NCBI RefSeq assembly: GCF_009914755.1
Contig: NC_060936.1
Length of the DNA stretch: 64,000 bases
Reading direction: 5' to 3' (one strand)
DNA from: the human T2T-CHM13v2.0 reference genome, Homo sapiens
Part shown: piece by piece, positions 42,902 to 57,500 of the stretch
How the letters are laid out: every line of letters starts with the position of its first letter
Position numbering within the stretch: the stretch's first letter is position 1
Notes under the pieces: model-generated
Seen by the model: the letters and a program-made list of their open reading frames with translations, nothing else
The model's database searches: none
Told to the model about the DNA's origin: nothing
Position numbers and translations under genes: made by a program

Positions 42902-42984
42902 CAACAGTTTTCCTGGAGTTTTGGAAAAGACGGCGAGCAGTAATTGCTTATGACTGGGATTTGATAGACTGGGAAGAAGAGGAG
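42902..42984 (+). CDS. ANO4: ANO4 exon F, (A)[27 protein letters not shown]
   Basis: long polypyrimidine tract plus ccag, GAG|gtttgt donor; 83 nt; FLEFWKR motif; phase-1 match to exon E across the 31-kb intron. Confidence 0.96.
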
Positions 42985-44196
42985 GTTTGTATCATTTACC
43001 TCAGAATGTTGTAAAAAGCAAATCACCCAGAACCACACGACCCCCCCCCAAAATTGTCACTCTCTGTTCTGTGACGGAAGTCAGGTGTACTCATAAAGCA
43101 TTTTCAATTGCCTTTTCAGAAAATTTCAAGCAGTATAAAAATGGACTGACAATTTTTGTAAATTTTTGATTCCTTAGTGGAATCAAATCCCTTGATTAAG
43201 TGAAGAATTCCACTTGTAGGTAGAGGCACCAGAAGAATTGGTGGTGTAGCTTTTTTTTTCCATTTTCTTAAAAATCATCCTTTTTTCTCTAACTTCAGCA
43301 GAAAAAGAGCATTCATTTGACATCTCCAGGTACATGGAAGCAATCCTTCCAAGAGAATTACCCAAAGGCAGTGTGTCTGTGAGCAGCACCCAGGACCGTG
43401 CCCAGGTGTGCACAGGCTCTGAAGTATGACATCAAGTGTTCCGTGCTGGGGACAATCCACTCTGAAGCGGCCACCTTGGGAGACGTGGTTAAATGGAGGG
43501 CCAGCTCTAGACAAAACTGCCAAGGAGGGCCAGACTCAGCCCCACCACTGTCCCTTAGTGTCTTCTAGGCCAGTCCGTTGTTCTCCTCCTGACCTGTCTT
43601 GTTCTAATAGTCTCTTCTTGCCCCTATTCCTGTCGGAAGTCTGAAGTACCCACACTAGGCGTGGTCACCACGGTCCCCTCTTGGACCCTGCTTCCCTTGA
43701 CAGTTGGTCCAGGCCTCAGCCCCACTCTCCTCCCTCTCGTTCATTATCTCTTACCCCTCCTGAGTCTCATTTCCTCAGAGCCTTGCTGTGCCAGTAAATC
43801 AGATAAACCACTCATATGTGTAATAGTTTTTTGATCATGGCTATTAATATGTGTTTTCCTTGAAGGGAACACATGTATATATTTTCATGTATAAAAAAGA
43901 ATCTTTCAGAAATATGAACGATGTGAATTTTAGCCCTGTGGTAGGCTTGGTGGGGGAAGTAATTCTGAGAGGTATTTTTGTTGTTGTTGTTTGTTTCCTT
44001 CACACTATGCCTCCTCAATGGCTGCCTGTTCCCCTTCTCCCATGAACATGTTTGGGTAGTTTTTTGGTTTGGTTTGGTTTGGTTTTGAATGTACTTCAGG
44101 TGTACAACAGGAGGTTTTGATACATGACACTGAGATTTTCAGCAATCCTTGTTCTCCTGATAAGGCTTTCTTTCATGTTTTTATAAATATTCTCCA

Positions 44197-44802
<606 letters not shown>

Positions 44803-45370
44803 TTCTAGGTTTGAAGAAGCTTCCCAGGCTGACTATGACATCTATTGGTAGCAGCCGGACTGCATTCAGAAATTCCTCTTGTGTGGTGCCATTCTGCTGT
44901 TTCTGGTTATATGTGTTCATGGGAACAGTTCCCAGTGGGATGGAAAATATTCTTTCCTGGGAATCACCTTGGGCAATTTACTTCACCTTTGGACTTTAAA
45001 AATCTCTAATGAAAAGAAGTGGGACTAAATTTTCCCCTTCTATCTGTAAAGTGTGGCCCTATTTGAGTAACTTTGACTAAACCAGTCTACAATCATTGTT
45101 GGCGTTTGTGGTGGGCCCCTGATGTGGGCACCCTTCTGGGGAACGTATGTATCCCTTATAAGTGTGGAGCCTTCTGTCTTCCCAGCCCCTGATAAAAAGC
45201 GTGGAGTGCTGAATTGTCCTCTCACTCTGCATACCTTTGTACAGGAGCCTACATACGTAGCCATTCCCAGCTTGGGATTCCTTGTGGAAATGCCTCACTT
45301 CTAGCCCATGATTTCTACCTTATTGTGCAGAAAAACCCAGACTCGCTGCAGACCTTCTGGGGCAACCTCG

Positions 45371-45789
45371 CACATTAGTTTGTCAGGGCTGCCATAACAA
45401 AGTACCACAGACTGGGTGGCTTCAACAATAGAAACTTACATGCTCACAGTTCTGGAGGCTAGAAGTCCAAGCCAAGGTGTCAGCAGGGTTGGTTCTTTCT
45501 GAGAACCATCAGGGAAGGATCTGTTCTAGGCATCTTTTCTTGGCTTATAGATGGCCATCTTCTCCCTGTGTCTTCACATCGTCTTCCCCCTGGGTGTCTC
45601 TGTGTCCAAATTTCCTCTTCTTATAAAGACACCAGTCATATTGGAGTAGGGTCCACCCTAATGACCTCATTTGAACTTAATTACCACTATAAAAAAAACC
45701 TGTTTCCACATATGGTCACATTCAGTACTGCGGGTTAGGACTTCAGCAGATGAATTTGGGGGAAGCAAGACACAATTTGGCCTATAACA
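45371..45789 (-). mobile_element. MLT1 MaLR solo LTR
   Basis: attagtttgtcagggctgccataacaaagtaccacagactggg...cctataaca. Confidence 0.88.
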
Positions 45790-45794
45790 CCCAG

Positions 45795-46156
45795 CGATAT
45801 GGTTTGGCTGTGTCCCCACCCAAATCTCATCTTTAGTTGTAGCTCCCATAATCCCCATGTGTTGGGGGTTGGACCTGGTGGGAGGTAATTGAATCATGGG
45901 GGTGGGTTTTTCCTGTGCTGTTCTCATGATAGTGAATAAGTCTCTTGAGATCTGATGGTTTTATAAAGGGGACATCCCCTGCACATGGTCTCTCTTGCCT
46001 GCCACCATGTAAGATGTGTCTTTGCTCCTCCTTCACCTTCCACCATGACTGTGAGGCCTCCCCAGCCATGTGGAACTGTCCATTAACCCTCTTTTTCTTT
46101 ATAACTTACCCATTCTTGGGTATTTCTTCATAGCAGTATGAAAATGGACAGATACA
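45795..46156 (+). mobile_element. THE1 solo LTR
   Basis: gatatggtttggctgtgtccccacccaaatctcatc...gaaaatggacagataca; near-TSD cccag/tccag. Confidence 0.92.
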
Positions 46157-47420
46157 TCCAGGAACACAGACCTGTCTCCATGATTGGCCTTAGTTCTCGG
46201 ATGACTAGCTCAAGGGCTCTTGATGACACTTATGGCCCAATAAATTGAAAGTTTCCCAAAGAAGCAGAAGATTCTAGGTCTGCTATGTTTATCTCCTCAA
46301 GTATAACTGCCTAAAATAAATGAAAGACAGAGCCTGCTCCTAATGTATCTCCTGCTGATCTTACCCATGACCTACCCCTGAGGGAAGTCCAGCCTTGGGC
46401 TAATTCAGTGGCAGGAGCCAGGCTGAGCCATGTGAAGGCCATCCTTCATGCTACATGGGCAGGCTGCTGCCAAACTGGGCTCTCTCTCCATGACCTCTCT
46501 TCTGTCAGCTCGTTCCTTGCTTTCTGCCAGTACCTTCATCCAAATCTTGACCATTTCTGCCTGGATTAACTCAATCTCCATTTCAGCAGAGTTTCTGCTC
46601 ATTTGCCATCCTCTCCCAACACTCTCAAACATAATGCATGCTTAATTAACGGGAACCACATCAGGTTCCCTTGCTGATTGCCTTTTCCTAATCTCATAAT
46701 TGGTTTTTAGTCAGAAGCTTTTCACATTCAGGAGGCTCAGCTAAATGAAATAAAATCTCAGTTTGATTTAGAATTGGAGGAACCTTGATTTTAACTGGTT
46801 TTGAAAGGTGCTTACCTTGTTTTCAATTAAGAATTAAGAATATACCTAAAGTCTATTGGTTAAAGATGAATGACTCCTATAGGAACTTATTAAAAAGTAG
46901 ATTCACCATGTTTTTAGTGAACTAAACCTAAAAATGCAAAAAAAAATTGCTGGAGAAAACTAAGAATTATATTGTCATTATAACTTACAAAATGGATTTT
47001 GAACATTTTCCTGTAGAGAAGCCTTCTTTGTCCTGGTGTTTCTTATCACTCTCTGGTAATAAAAGTAAAAGCTTATTAGTTGTTCCAAACCATTAGGACA
47101 GGACAGCTTGTCCCTTTTAAAATACCATTCTCAGGGTGGTTTTTTCTTCAAGGTTAGTTTTATAAGATAACAGATAAATGTAACTGTTAGTCCAAATTTC
47201 TTTGCTTTTGATGATAGTAAATCTTGATCTTCACTCTTTAGATTTTCTTCAAGTGGCCAATTTTCAAACATTTAAGCCTGGGCACCCAAACCCACTTCAT
47301 TGGTTGACTAATTAGTGTGGCAGCTGTTGACTCTGTTTTATGGTGGGGTAAAATGATATTTCTTTTTTTATTGTGTGAGCACCTCTTTAGTGCATTAAAA
47401 TGTGTCTGCTTGTCCTTTAG

Positions 47421-47561
47421 GAAGAAATACGACCCCAGTTTGAAGCCAAGTATTCCAAGAAAGAGCGGATGAATCCAATTTCTGGAAAGCCAGAACCTTA
47501 TCAAGCATTTACAGATAAATGCAGCAGACTTATCGTTTCTGCATCTGGAATATTTTTTATG
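47421..47561 (+). CDS. ANO4: ANO4 exon [48 protein letters not shown]
   Basis: ctttag acceptor, ATG|gtttga donor; 141 nt, phase 0-0. Confidence 0.94.
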
Positions 47562-49052
47562 GTTTGAAACTTTTAAAAAAATATTTGTTTCATAAAATAC
47601 AAACCTATAGCATAATAACAGTAATCATATTGGGCATTTGCATTGTTCTACAAAATATTTTTGCACTTTGTTATTTATTCCTCACAGTAACTTCGTCTGG
47701 TGGTCAGGGATGGTATTGCTATCCCCATATTACAGATAGAACAACTGAGACTCCAACAGGTTATGGGGCTTGCCCGAGGTCAGCCAGTAGGTAGCTAAGA
47801 GCTGAGACCCTCTAATCTGATATTCTTTCCTCTTGCCATATTCTACTGTGTGATGCTGAAAGGAGTCAAAAATGTGAGACAGGATGTACAGTAGTGTTTT
47901 TCAAACTTTTCACCATGCCCATACAGTAAGAAATATATTCTCTGTCATAACCCCGAATATGCCAAGCAAGTAGATGTATAAAACAGTGTAAGTAAAACAG
48001 TGCTCACCTTTATAATATGCATAAGCTCTGATTTTGTTTTATTATAGTATATTTTTAATGACAGATTAGCCTCCTAAAATTAATTTCCTGACTCACTAAT
48101 GATCATGTCAGTTTGAAAAACAGACCTCAGTTTTTAGCTTTTCCTAAAAAGCAGTCTTAGTAATTAACTTTAACACTGTTAATTACTGAACAAAACATAT
48201 GCAGATGTTTCTGAAATGTCATTTTAGAACAGTAAAGGATGATTAGGATCCTCCTTTCCTTTTTTCAAATGATGAGTATATAAATATATGCCTAGACCAT
48301 TAGAGTAGGAAGGACAAGACTATAGCAAATTCAGACAGGCTACTCCCTTTTTCCAGTGAAGAAACTGGGGAGATGAAGGGCTGGGCAGCTTACCCAGACT
48401 CCTTGGCTCAGACCAAGATTCAAATCCATGCCTGTCTACAGATACTGCTTTTAAGCAATTGTGTCATGCTTTGCCTTCTATGTACATATTCATATTTATT
48501 GTATTGTTTCTTACAAAGACCCATAGACATAGATTAAGCTTTTCCTGTTCTATGGATGGGGAACTTGGAACACAGGAGGCTGGAGCTATGGAAAGGACAA
48601 GCTTGCCCAAGGTCACACTGCTGGGTGATAGCTGAGCTAGGGCTCTAATCTCTCTTCTGACTTTGAATCCAGCCAGCTGTCCATCCTACCTCATTGCCAT
48701 CCTTGTCTGAATTTCAGCATAGATTTTACCTGTCTCCTGATCAACAGCACTACAATTAAGATCTGGACAGGTTTTTGTTTATTTTATTGTTATTTTGGCC
48801 AGTCTGAGCTAGGACTTGTACTTGAGCTTTTAGAACATATCTCCCTTAAAAGTAAGCAGAAAATAAATTATGTGCAAAACAGGAATACTTTTGTGAAGAA
48901 AGGAATCTCTAAATCAGCAGAGGCCTTCCTGAGGCCTGGCTTCAAGGTCTAGCCTTTGATAATTAAGTGGGTTAAGGTCTCTAAGACATGTTAATATTAG
49001 GTAATCATCTAATGAAAGTCACAAAACTTTTTGGAGTCTCAGATTTGCATTA

Positions 49053-49395
49053 AAGTCAGCCCTATGTGTCTGTGGGTTCTGCATTTATGAATTCAACCAG
49101 CCACAGATGGAAATTTTTTTTAAAAAAAGGTTAGTTGTAGCTGTACTGAACATGTACAGCTACATGTCATTATTTCCTAAACAATACAGTATAACTATTT
49201 ACATAACATTTACATTGTATCAGGTATTATAAGTAATCTAGAGATGATTTAAAGTATATAGGAGGTTGTGTACAGGTTATATGCAAATACTACACTATTT
49301 TATAGAATGGACTTGAGCATCTGTGGATTTTGGTATCATGGTGTTGGGGGGTGGTTCTGGGCCAATCCGTCATGAGGATACTGAGGGACAACTGC
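49053..49395. mobile_element. Tigger3/MER7-type MITE
   Basis: TIR-like ends agtcagccct... and ...gagggacaactg; internal aagtaatctagagatgatttaaagtata motif. Confidence 0.85.
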
Positions 49396-49519
49396 ATTTC
49401 ATAGAGAAAGAAGATATGCTGTATTGTTCTCAAATGCCATGAAATCTTCAGGGAAACATGCTTCAGTCTGTGTGAATATCAGATTAACAAGATATGTACC
49501 TATCACGTAGTTGGTTCAC

Positions 49520-49822
49520 TCAACAGCAAATAACTGAGCACTTACTATGCATCTGTAATTATGCTAAGGTGCTGTAGAAACCATGTGAGCAAAAAAGACT
49601 CCTTCCCTGTCCTTATGGAGCTTACTTTCTAGTAGGGGAGCCTGAGAATAGTCAAACAGATTGTTAGAAATTATAAGTAGTGTCCTGAAAAAGATGTAAC
49701 CATATGGTATGGCTACCACATGACAACACGAAAAACAAATAGTCTGGGAGTCATGAAGAACTTTTATTATGAAGTGGTGTTTGAGCTGAGAAGTGAGGAA
49801 GGATGAGTAGGTGTTAACTAGG

Positions 49823-49873
<51 letters not shown>

Positions 49874-50110
49874 CGGCAAGAGATTGGGTGGGTAGGTATT
49901 ACAGGCAAAGGAAATAGTCTTGGCAATTAAGGGTGCTTAGCCCGTTTGATGTAATGAGAGAAGCTGTGGGGACCCCAGAGGGAAGGAAGAATGGTGCCCA
50001 AAGGGGCTAGAGAGAGGGTCTTGCAGGCTGCGTAAGGGTTTTGCTTTTATCCTAGAATAATAGGAAACTAATAAACAATTTTAAACCGAAGAGTGACATG
50101 ATAGGATTTC
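49520..50110 (-). mobile_element. L2 fragment containing (TG)n at 49825-49871
   Basis: actgagcacttactatg...ctgtccttatggagcttactttctag is the reverse L2 3' end. Confidence 0.7.
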
Positions 50111-50406
50111 CATATGAATATTTGTCCATCTGCTCAATGTATATTCTGCATTAAAAAGTGTTGTCCCATAGCTTACACAGATTCTCAACTTTCAAGCGTG
50201 TAGTTCTTTTATTTTAATTAAAAAAAATAGAAAAAGGCAAGAGAAAGTATTAACCACAATGAAAAGTATGCATTTGATTGTGATCTCTTGAGCAGTACTG
50301 CCATGGTGTTACTTCCTTTTCCCATCAGAGGATGTTCCAGGAATGTGAATCCTCTTCCTGTAACATTCCACCAAGAGGTTCACCGGGTGTCTTGTCTTCC
50401 TGCCAG

Positions 50407-50571
50407 ATCTGCGTGGTGATTGCTGCCGTGTTCGGGATCGTCATTTACCGGGTGGTGACTGTCAGCACTTTCGCTGCCTTTAAGTGGGCGTTAATCAGGA
50501 ATAACTCTCAGGTTGCAACCACAGGGACTGCTGTGTGCATCAACTTCTGTATCATTATGTTGCTGAATGTG
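50407..50571 (+). CDS. ANO4: ANO4 exon H, ICVVIAAVFGIVIYRVVTVSTFAAFKWALIRNNSQVATTGTAVCINFCIIMLLNV
   Basis: tgccag acceptor, GTG|gtaagt donor; 165 nt; two hydrophobic segments. Confidence 0.96.
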
Positions 50572-50982
50572 GTAAGTGAGCTGCAGTGGCTAGCCAAACG
50601 GATCAAAATGTGTGGGCTGCAAGTGACAGTTTTCTTCTGTTGCTAAGGGGATCTGGCCTCAGAGAGGTGGGCCATTCACATAGCACTGATGTCCTGGCAG
50701 CGAAGTGCCTGGCATGAAGATGCACTTGGGTCTGAGTGCTTAAAAGTCTTGATTCAAATCTAGACTCCGGGCTTTTCTGCAGTATAAGATTGGGCAAAGC
50801 ACATAACCTCTCTGAACATTAGTTCCCTTATTTATCCAATAAGATTATATTGTAAACCCCTTAAGTAAATTTAGAGAAAGAATTTAGAACACTCAGAACC
50901 TGTGACACAGCATTGCAATGTTGGTTCCTGTTTCTTTTTGATTATCAATGATAGGAAGATAGACAGTATCCAAAGCATTCCT

Positions 50983-51297
50983 GGCTAGGTACAGGGGCTC
51001 ATGCCTATAATACCAGCATTTTGGGATGCTGAGGCCAGAGGATCGCTTGAGCCCAGGAGTTCAAGACCAGCCTAGGTAACATAGTGGGACCTTGTCTCTA
51101 CAAAAAAAAAAAAAATTAATTAGCTGGTCATGGTGGTGTGCCCCTGTAGTCCCAGCTGCTTTGTGGGGCTGAGGTGGGAAGGTCACTTGGTTCAGGAAAG
51201 TGAAGGCTTCAGTGAGCAGTGACAGGGCCACTGCACTCAGCCTGGGTGACAGAGGGAGACCCTGTCTCAAAAAAACACAAAAACAAACAAAAACCAA
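50983..51297 (+). mobile_element. AluJ
   Basis: diverged dimer; flanking repeat ccaaagcattcct on both sides. Confidence 0.9.
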
Positions 51298-51369
51298 AGC
51301 ATTCCTTGATATAACCCTGCAAGGAAACCGCCAAGCTGGTACATATTGCTTTTGTTGATTTCCAGGCTT

Positions 51370-52350
51370 TTTCAGATAGCATATTTCAGCCCAGATTTCT
51401 TTCCTGAATCCCCAAACTCACACGTTAAACTGCCTGCTTGACCATCTCCACCTAACACTTTCAAACCCAACTCCTCATCTTCCCTCCAGAATCAGCTCCT
51501 CCCACAGCCTTCCTAATTGTACTTGCCCAGACTAAAAGTCGTGGCATTCTACTGGACTCCTCTATTTCTCTGGCTGTCTAAATGTATCCAGAATTTGATC
51601 ACTTTCTGCACATCCCGAAGTCCCACCCTGGTCCAAGTCTGCAGTGTCTCTTGCCGAGATTATTGCAGCAGCTTCCTAACTGGTCTCCCAGCTTTCACAT
51701 TGCTCCCTTCAATCTAGGCTCAACATGGAAGCCAGAGAGAGCTTCTTACATGTAAGTCAGTTCACATGGCTCCTGTGTTCACAAGGTGTAGTGGCTTTCC
51801 TCTCTCTCACAGTAAAAGCCTGCGAGGCCACATCTACACAGTGGCCTCACGGGCTTTCGCTCATCTGGTCTGTGTGACATCTCTGACCTCATCTTTTCTT
51901 TTACTCACTGTGATTCACCTGCTCCAGCCGCACTTGTCCTTTTGATGCTCTCACCCCAGGACTTTTTTTATTTGCTGTTCTCTCTGCCTGGAGCCTTTTC
52001 CTCCCACAGGGTCTGCATCGCTTAGTCCCTCACCTCCTTCCAGTCTTTGTTCAAATGTCACTTCTCTAGTAAATGCTTCCCTGGTCACTCTGTTTTAAAT
52101 TGCAGCCCACTCCTGCTATCTGACAATTTCCCATCTGCTTGCCTGTGTTTTTTCTATAGCATTTATCACCATCTAATATGCTATATATTTTACTTATTTA
52201 TTTTGTTTATCTGCCATTACTTTTGGAATGTAGGCCCATAAGGGCAGAAGCTTTTCTTTATTTTGTTTGTTTGTTTATTTTTTTTTCACTGTTGTTATTC
52301 CCTAGTGTCTGGAACAGGGCCTGGCACATAGTAGATGCTGTGTAAATTGT
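51370..52350 (+). mobile_element. L2 element
   Basis: pyrimidine-rich L2 body ending gcctggcacatagtagatgct. Confidence 0.8.
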
Positions 52351-52425
52351 TGTTGCTATTTTTTGTAGAACAAAAGTAGTGCCTGACATGGTCGGCTGCT
52401 GAGGTCAACCTATACATAAAAATAT

Positions 52426-52640
52426 GGCCAGGCACTGTGGCTCATGCCTGTAATCCCAGCACCCCATCTCTACAAACAAAATTTTTTTTTAATTAGCCAG
52501 GTGGCACACCTGTAGTCTCAGCTACTTGGGAGGCTGAGATAGGGGGATCACTTGAGCCTAGGAGTTCACGACTGCAGTGAGTCATGATTGCACCACTGAA
52601 CCCTAGCCTGGGTAACAGAGCAAGGACCTGTAAAAAATTA
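52426..52640 (+). mobile_element. AluJ with most of the left arm deleted
   Basis: tgtaatcccagcac joined directly to cccatctctac. Confidence 0.85.
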
Positions 52641-53426
52641 AAAAAATTTTAAAAGCTGACCTTAAAGGTTTGTAGTGTAAATAAGTAAAACAATGTACAT
52701 AGAGTGCCAAGGACAGTTGTTAGGCATGGAGTAGATGTTCAATTAATTATAGTTCCCCTATCCTTATTTATACTGCGTCTTAAATCTGGGCCATAATGCT
52801 GAAATGCTTACATCTTTGAAAAAAGATTTTCCAAAGGCCAACTAATTTAATACTATTATCCATACAGGTTTATCTATGTAGCTTATCATTTCTAGTTCTT
52901 TAAACAATCCTGAGTTCCATAACCAATAAAACTTGAGTGATTCCTAAGAGAATTCAACCTACCCAATAACAAAGAACTTAATTTATGATCACTAGGTTAA
53001 CTAGTAATCAATGAGCTAATTAAATGCAGGTAGCTCATTATTAGTATTAAAATACATAAAACATCTTTATTATTTTAGGAAAAAAGTTTCAAGACTCAGA
53101 AGTAATAAAAAAAAAAGGGCAGTTGCTGATCATTTTGACGTGATGTTTGTGCGACAGCTTAGCAAGTGGAGATTGAAAGTAGATGGTTAGCACTTCCTGT
53201 ACCTCCCCCTTTTGACCCCCCACCAGGACTCGGTCTGTGTTAACTGTGGAATACACATTGTAGGTAGAGAGTGATTCCTAGTGAAATTAACCAAACAGCC
53301 ATAGGTGAAATGTTTTGCATCCCATTAGGATGCAATGAATTAATGCCTACTATATTGTTATCATCTATTTCCTCCAATGTCTTAAAATTTAATTTATACA
53401 TCTTCTTAACAAATAAATGCCTGTGT

Positions 53427-54503
53427 GGCATGGGCAAAGGCTTCATGACTAAAACACCAAAAGCAATGGCAACAAAAGCCAAAATTGACAAATGGGATCT
53501 AATTAAACTGAAGAGCTTCTGCACAGCAAAAGAAACTATCATCAGAGTGAACAGGCAACCTACAGAATGGGAGAAAATTTTTACAATCTACCCATCTGAC
53601 AAGGGGCTAATATCCAGAATCTACAAAGAACTTAAATAAATTTACAAGAAAAAAACAAACAACCCCATCAAAAAGTGAGCAAAGGATATGAACAGACACT
53701 TCTCAAAAGAAGACATTTATGCAGCCAACAGACACATGAAAAAATGCTCACCATCACTGGCCATCAGAGAAATGCAAATCAAAACCACAATGAGATACCA
53801 TCTCACACCAGTTAGAATGGTGATCCTTAAAAAGTCAGGAAACAACAGGTGCTGGAGAGGAGGTGGAGAAATAGGAAAGCTTTTACACTGTTGATGGGAC
53901 TGTAAACTAGTTCAACCATTGTGGAAGACAGTGTGGCGATTCCTCAAGGATCTAGAACTAGAAATACCATTTGGCCCAGCCATCCCATTACTGGGCATAT
54001 ACCCAAAGGATTATAAATCATGCTGCTATAAAGACACATGCACACATATGTTTATTGCAGCACTATTCACAATAGCAAAGACTTGGAACCAACCCAAATC
54101 TCCATCAATGGTAGACTGCATTAAGAAAATGTGGCACATATACACCAAGGAATACTATGCAGCCATAAAAAAGGATGAGTTCATGTCCTTTATAGGGACA
54201 TGGATGAAGCTGGAAACCATCATTCTGAGCAAACTATCGCAAGGACAGAAAACCAAACACCGCATGTTCTCACTCATAGGTGGGAATTGAACAATAAGAA
54301 CACATGGACACAGGGTGGGGAACATCACACACCAGGGCCTGCCGGGGGTGTGGGTGAGGCGGGAGGGATAGCATTAGGAGATATACCTAATGTAAATGAC
54401 GAGTTAACGGGTGCAGCACACCAACATGGCACATGTATATATATGTAGCAAACCTGCACATTGTGCACATGTACCCTAGAACTTAAATTAAAAAAAAAGA
54501 AAG
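53427..54503 (+). mobile_element. 5'-truncated L1PA (~1.08 kb)
   Basis: ORF2 C-terminus and 3'UTR; TSD aaa(t/g)aaatgcct(g/a)tgt at 53411-53426 and 54504-54519. Confidence 0.94.
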
Positions 54504-57500
54504 AAAGAAATGCCTATGTACAGGAAGTGAATCTGTAAATACACACTTGCCCATATGTTTCGAGCAGGTGCCAGTGTTGTCAGAGTAAAACACTTCATTT
54601 AACTGGAAATCATTGATCCAGCAATATCTATTTCAAGACACAGCCTAGATAAGAGGAAGTAAACAAATTCAAAATGAAGACGGGAGCATAGGGAGTGGCA
54701 AAAGTACGTAGTTGCTGATGTTACAAAGCACCTGCTATATGCTGGGAGCTAGGCTGCTAGGCATTTTACATCTTTTGTCTCCCAGAGTGTTTTAGACTAG
54801 CCAACATGGATGAGGTAGAGTTCACACTCGAAAGCTAACACATATTATTCTTAGGGATGCCCTTGTGGTTTTTCATTTATTTTAGATATAACATGAACAT
54901 CTTTGGTACTCTGATTTTCAGCCAACATCAAACTAGAATAACATAAGGTTGCTAACGCAAGAATACTGATGAGAACAGGGAATGACAAGCCATAGCAAAG
55001 AGAGGGAAAGAAAAGAAAAAATGTACATAAGAACTCTAAAAGCAGCATCAACCAGGACCTCTTTGTGCAGGGGCCAGTTATCTTACCCTCCTCAGCTATC
55101 TGTGATGATGTCTCATCCCCGCACACACATTTACACTCCTGTCCCCTGAGGTTTTGTGGGTACCATTATGAGGGCAACCAAATGTGTAATATAGTTGGAA
55201 TGGTTTCATCAGAACATCTTAAAAAAATTTTAAGTCGTTTCTATCAGCATAAGGGATGACAGACTAAAGGTTGTAATATAGCTTTGACCAGTTCAGAAGT
55301 AAACTCTCCAGTGGCTTCTGAAATTACTCAATGTGAGATATTATCGTGACCCAATATAGATTTTTTACAGCTGTCTATTGTTTTCAACTACTTAACATAT
55401 TGACCATACTTTTCTTCCAAAGGTAATCATTATTTAGACATTAATTATTAATAATTTTTATCAACTAAATATAAAAACCTTGAGAGCTAAAGACTCTGAT
55501 TTTTTAATAATTATTATAAATCACATATCCCATTTCTGACTTTTTGCTAGATTTGTCCAGTGCTAACTAAAATAACTAAAATATTTTTATATAGTATTTA
55601 CTTTAAAATTTATATTATTTTTACAAAAGCCCTCTAGGTCCTAATGAAATATTATGCCTCTTAATGGCTGGTTAAGGGGCACTTAGTAGTTCACATTTTA
55701 TTCCATGTCTTGAAAAATAAATATTTCAAAGATAGAGTGAATAGAAGTGAATAGGATGGAATTTCTTGTTCCCGATCATATTGTCTCAATTCTGTTCTGC
55801 TTCACTAGTGACCGAAAAACATCCCAATATGGTGGTTGCAAGCCAAATAGGCCAACAAAGGCTATATCCCAGGAATAGACTAAAAAGTTATTATCATCCT
55901 TTTTATCCAGCCATGCCAATCTGAATCAGATATTTAATTATACTATAAACACATCTCATCTTCCAAAAAAAAAAAAGTAAAAGTACACCAGATAATATAG
56001 CTTGCATCAGAGCAAGTCCACATTTATTGATCAGCCTGGCAAGATAAAAGTAGAAGTACACACAGCTTCCTTTTGGACATATCTGTAAGATCAGAAAGCT
56101 TTCTGCCGGTTACAGATATTCACAATGAGAATTTGCAGCATCCAGTTTGGAAACTTAGATTTTCCACTGCTCTTAGCAGAACAAACTTCCCGTGGTTTAT
56201 CTCTCAACCGTCTAATGAGAAATCAGACATTTTTCCAGAAACCACTCATGTGGAGATCTCTGAGCGGCTGTGAGTCCCTCTGTGTGTGTGCCCTTCCCTC
56301 CTGCATCCTGTCCAATGTCTCACAGTCCATATCCTTATATGTATATCCTTCAGCATATATATGAAGTAGTCACAGATGCCATGGATCCCTACTGTGTCCC
56401 TGTATGCTTTACCTTATTTTTCACAAGGTTAATATTACTCATATGTTGACTCTTATGTTGTTCCTTTTTTTAAAATTACAATGTTTTCAGTGTTCACACC
56501 CATGTAACAAAGGCATATCCTCAGCTCCGAGGGCCTTTTAGACAAGTGTGCAAAGTGAGGTACTGTGACCTACACATCATTGTGAAAGACATAAAAGATA
56601 AACCAGTTAATCAAGAATTGTATTTTTGAGAAAGGTTGTCTCATCAGTCAAATTAATTTTCCCTGATAATTACATAATTAAATAATTGTAATGTTATAAT
56701 GCCTTCGTAATACATTGTAATATTAAAATATATTTGATTAGAACATCTGTTCTTATCTGTTGTTTGCTAGGATTTTGTTTTTATGATCAAATGGGTATGA
56801 CTAACCTATGTCACAAGGTTTCTTATGGAAAATGACACCAATCTCCATTACCACTGGACTCCAAGAGTCTGAGATTTCTAGACATAAGATTTGTTCCTAT
56901 GCCATATTAATATATCCTAATATAGCAAACCATAATTGTTGCTGAAAGTTTGGAGTCATACATACAGATTATGTTGTTTATTTCTGTAATTAGCAGAAAT
57001 CTCAGATAAGAGAATTCAAAAATTAAGCAGGACAGGAAGGTCAGTAAGTTCAATACCCATCCTGCCCACATATAAAGAAAAGGATGGTCTGAAGAAGAGA
57101 TAAGGAACTTGCCCAAGTCCTGTAGCTTGCTGGATGGTCAAGCTGTAATTCCAGCCTGGGCAATTTTAACCAGTGTGTTTTTACTACTTTCATCTAAATG
57201 TGTTCTTAATCTTCATATTGTTCCAGTCTATTAAACTACTTTTCCTTTTCATTTTCACTTACCGTCTTTTGTTTTAGAAACAGCACTTGATGTTTCAATT
57301 ATACCCACTCTGGGGAATTTCCTAGAGCTGGATTTACCCTAGACTATACTCTCTGCTCCTTGGTACACACACGCACACACAAACACACATACACACATGC
57401 ATACATGTACCCCACCCTCAGAACCATCTATTGACCAGATGGCTGGGTGAGTTAAGGATGCGTGAGTTAAGGAGGCATCGGGTCCACCAATGGAAAAGTG

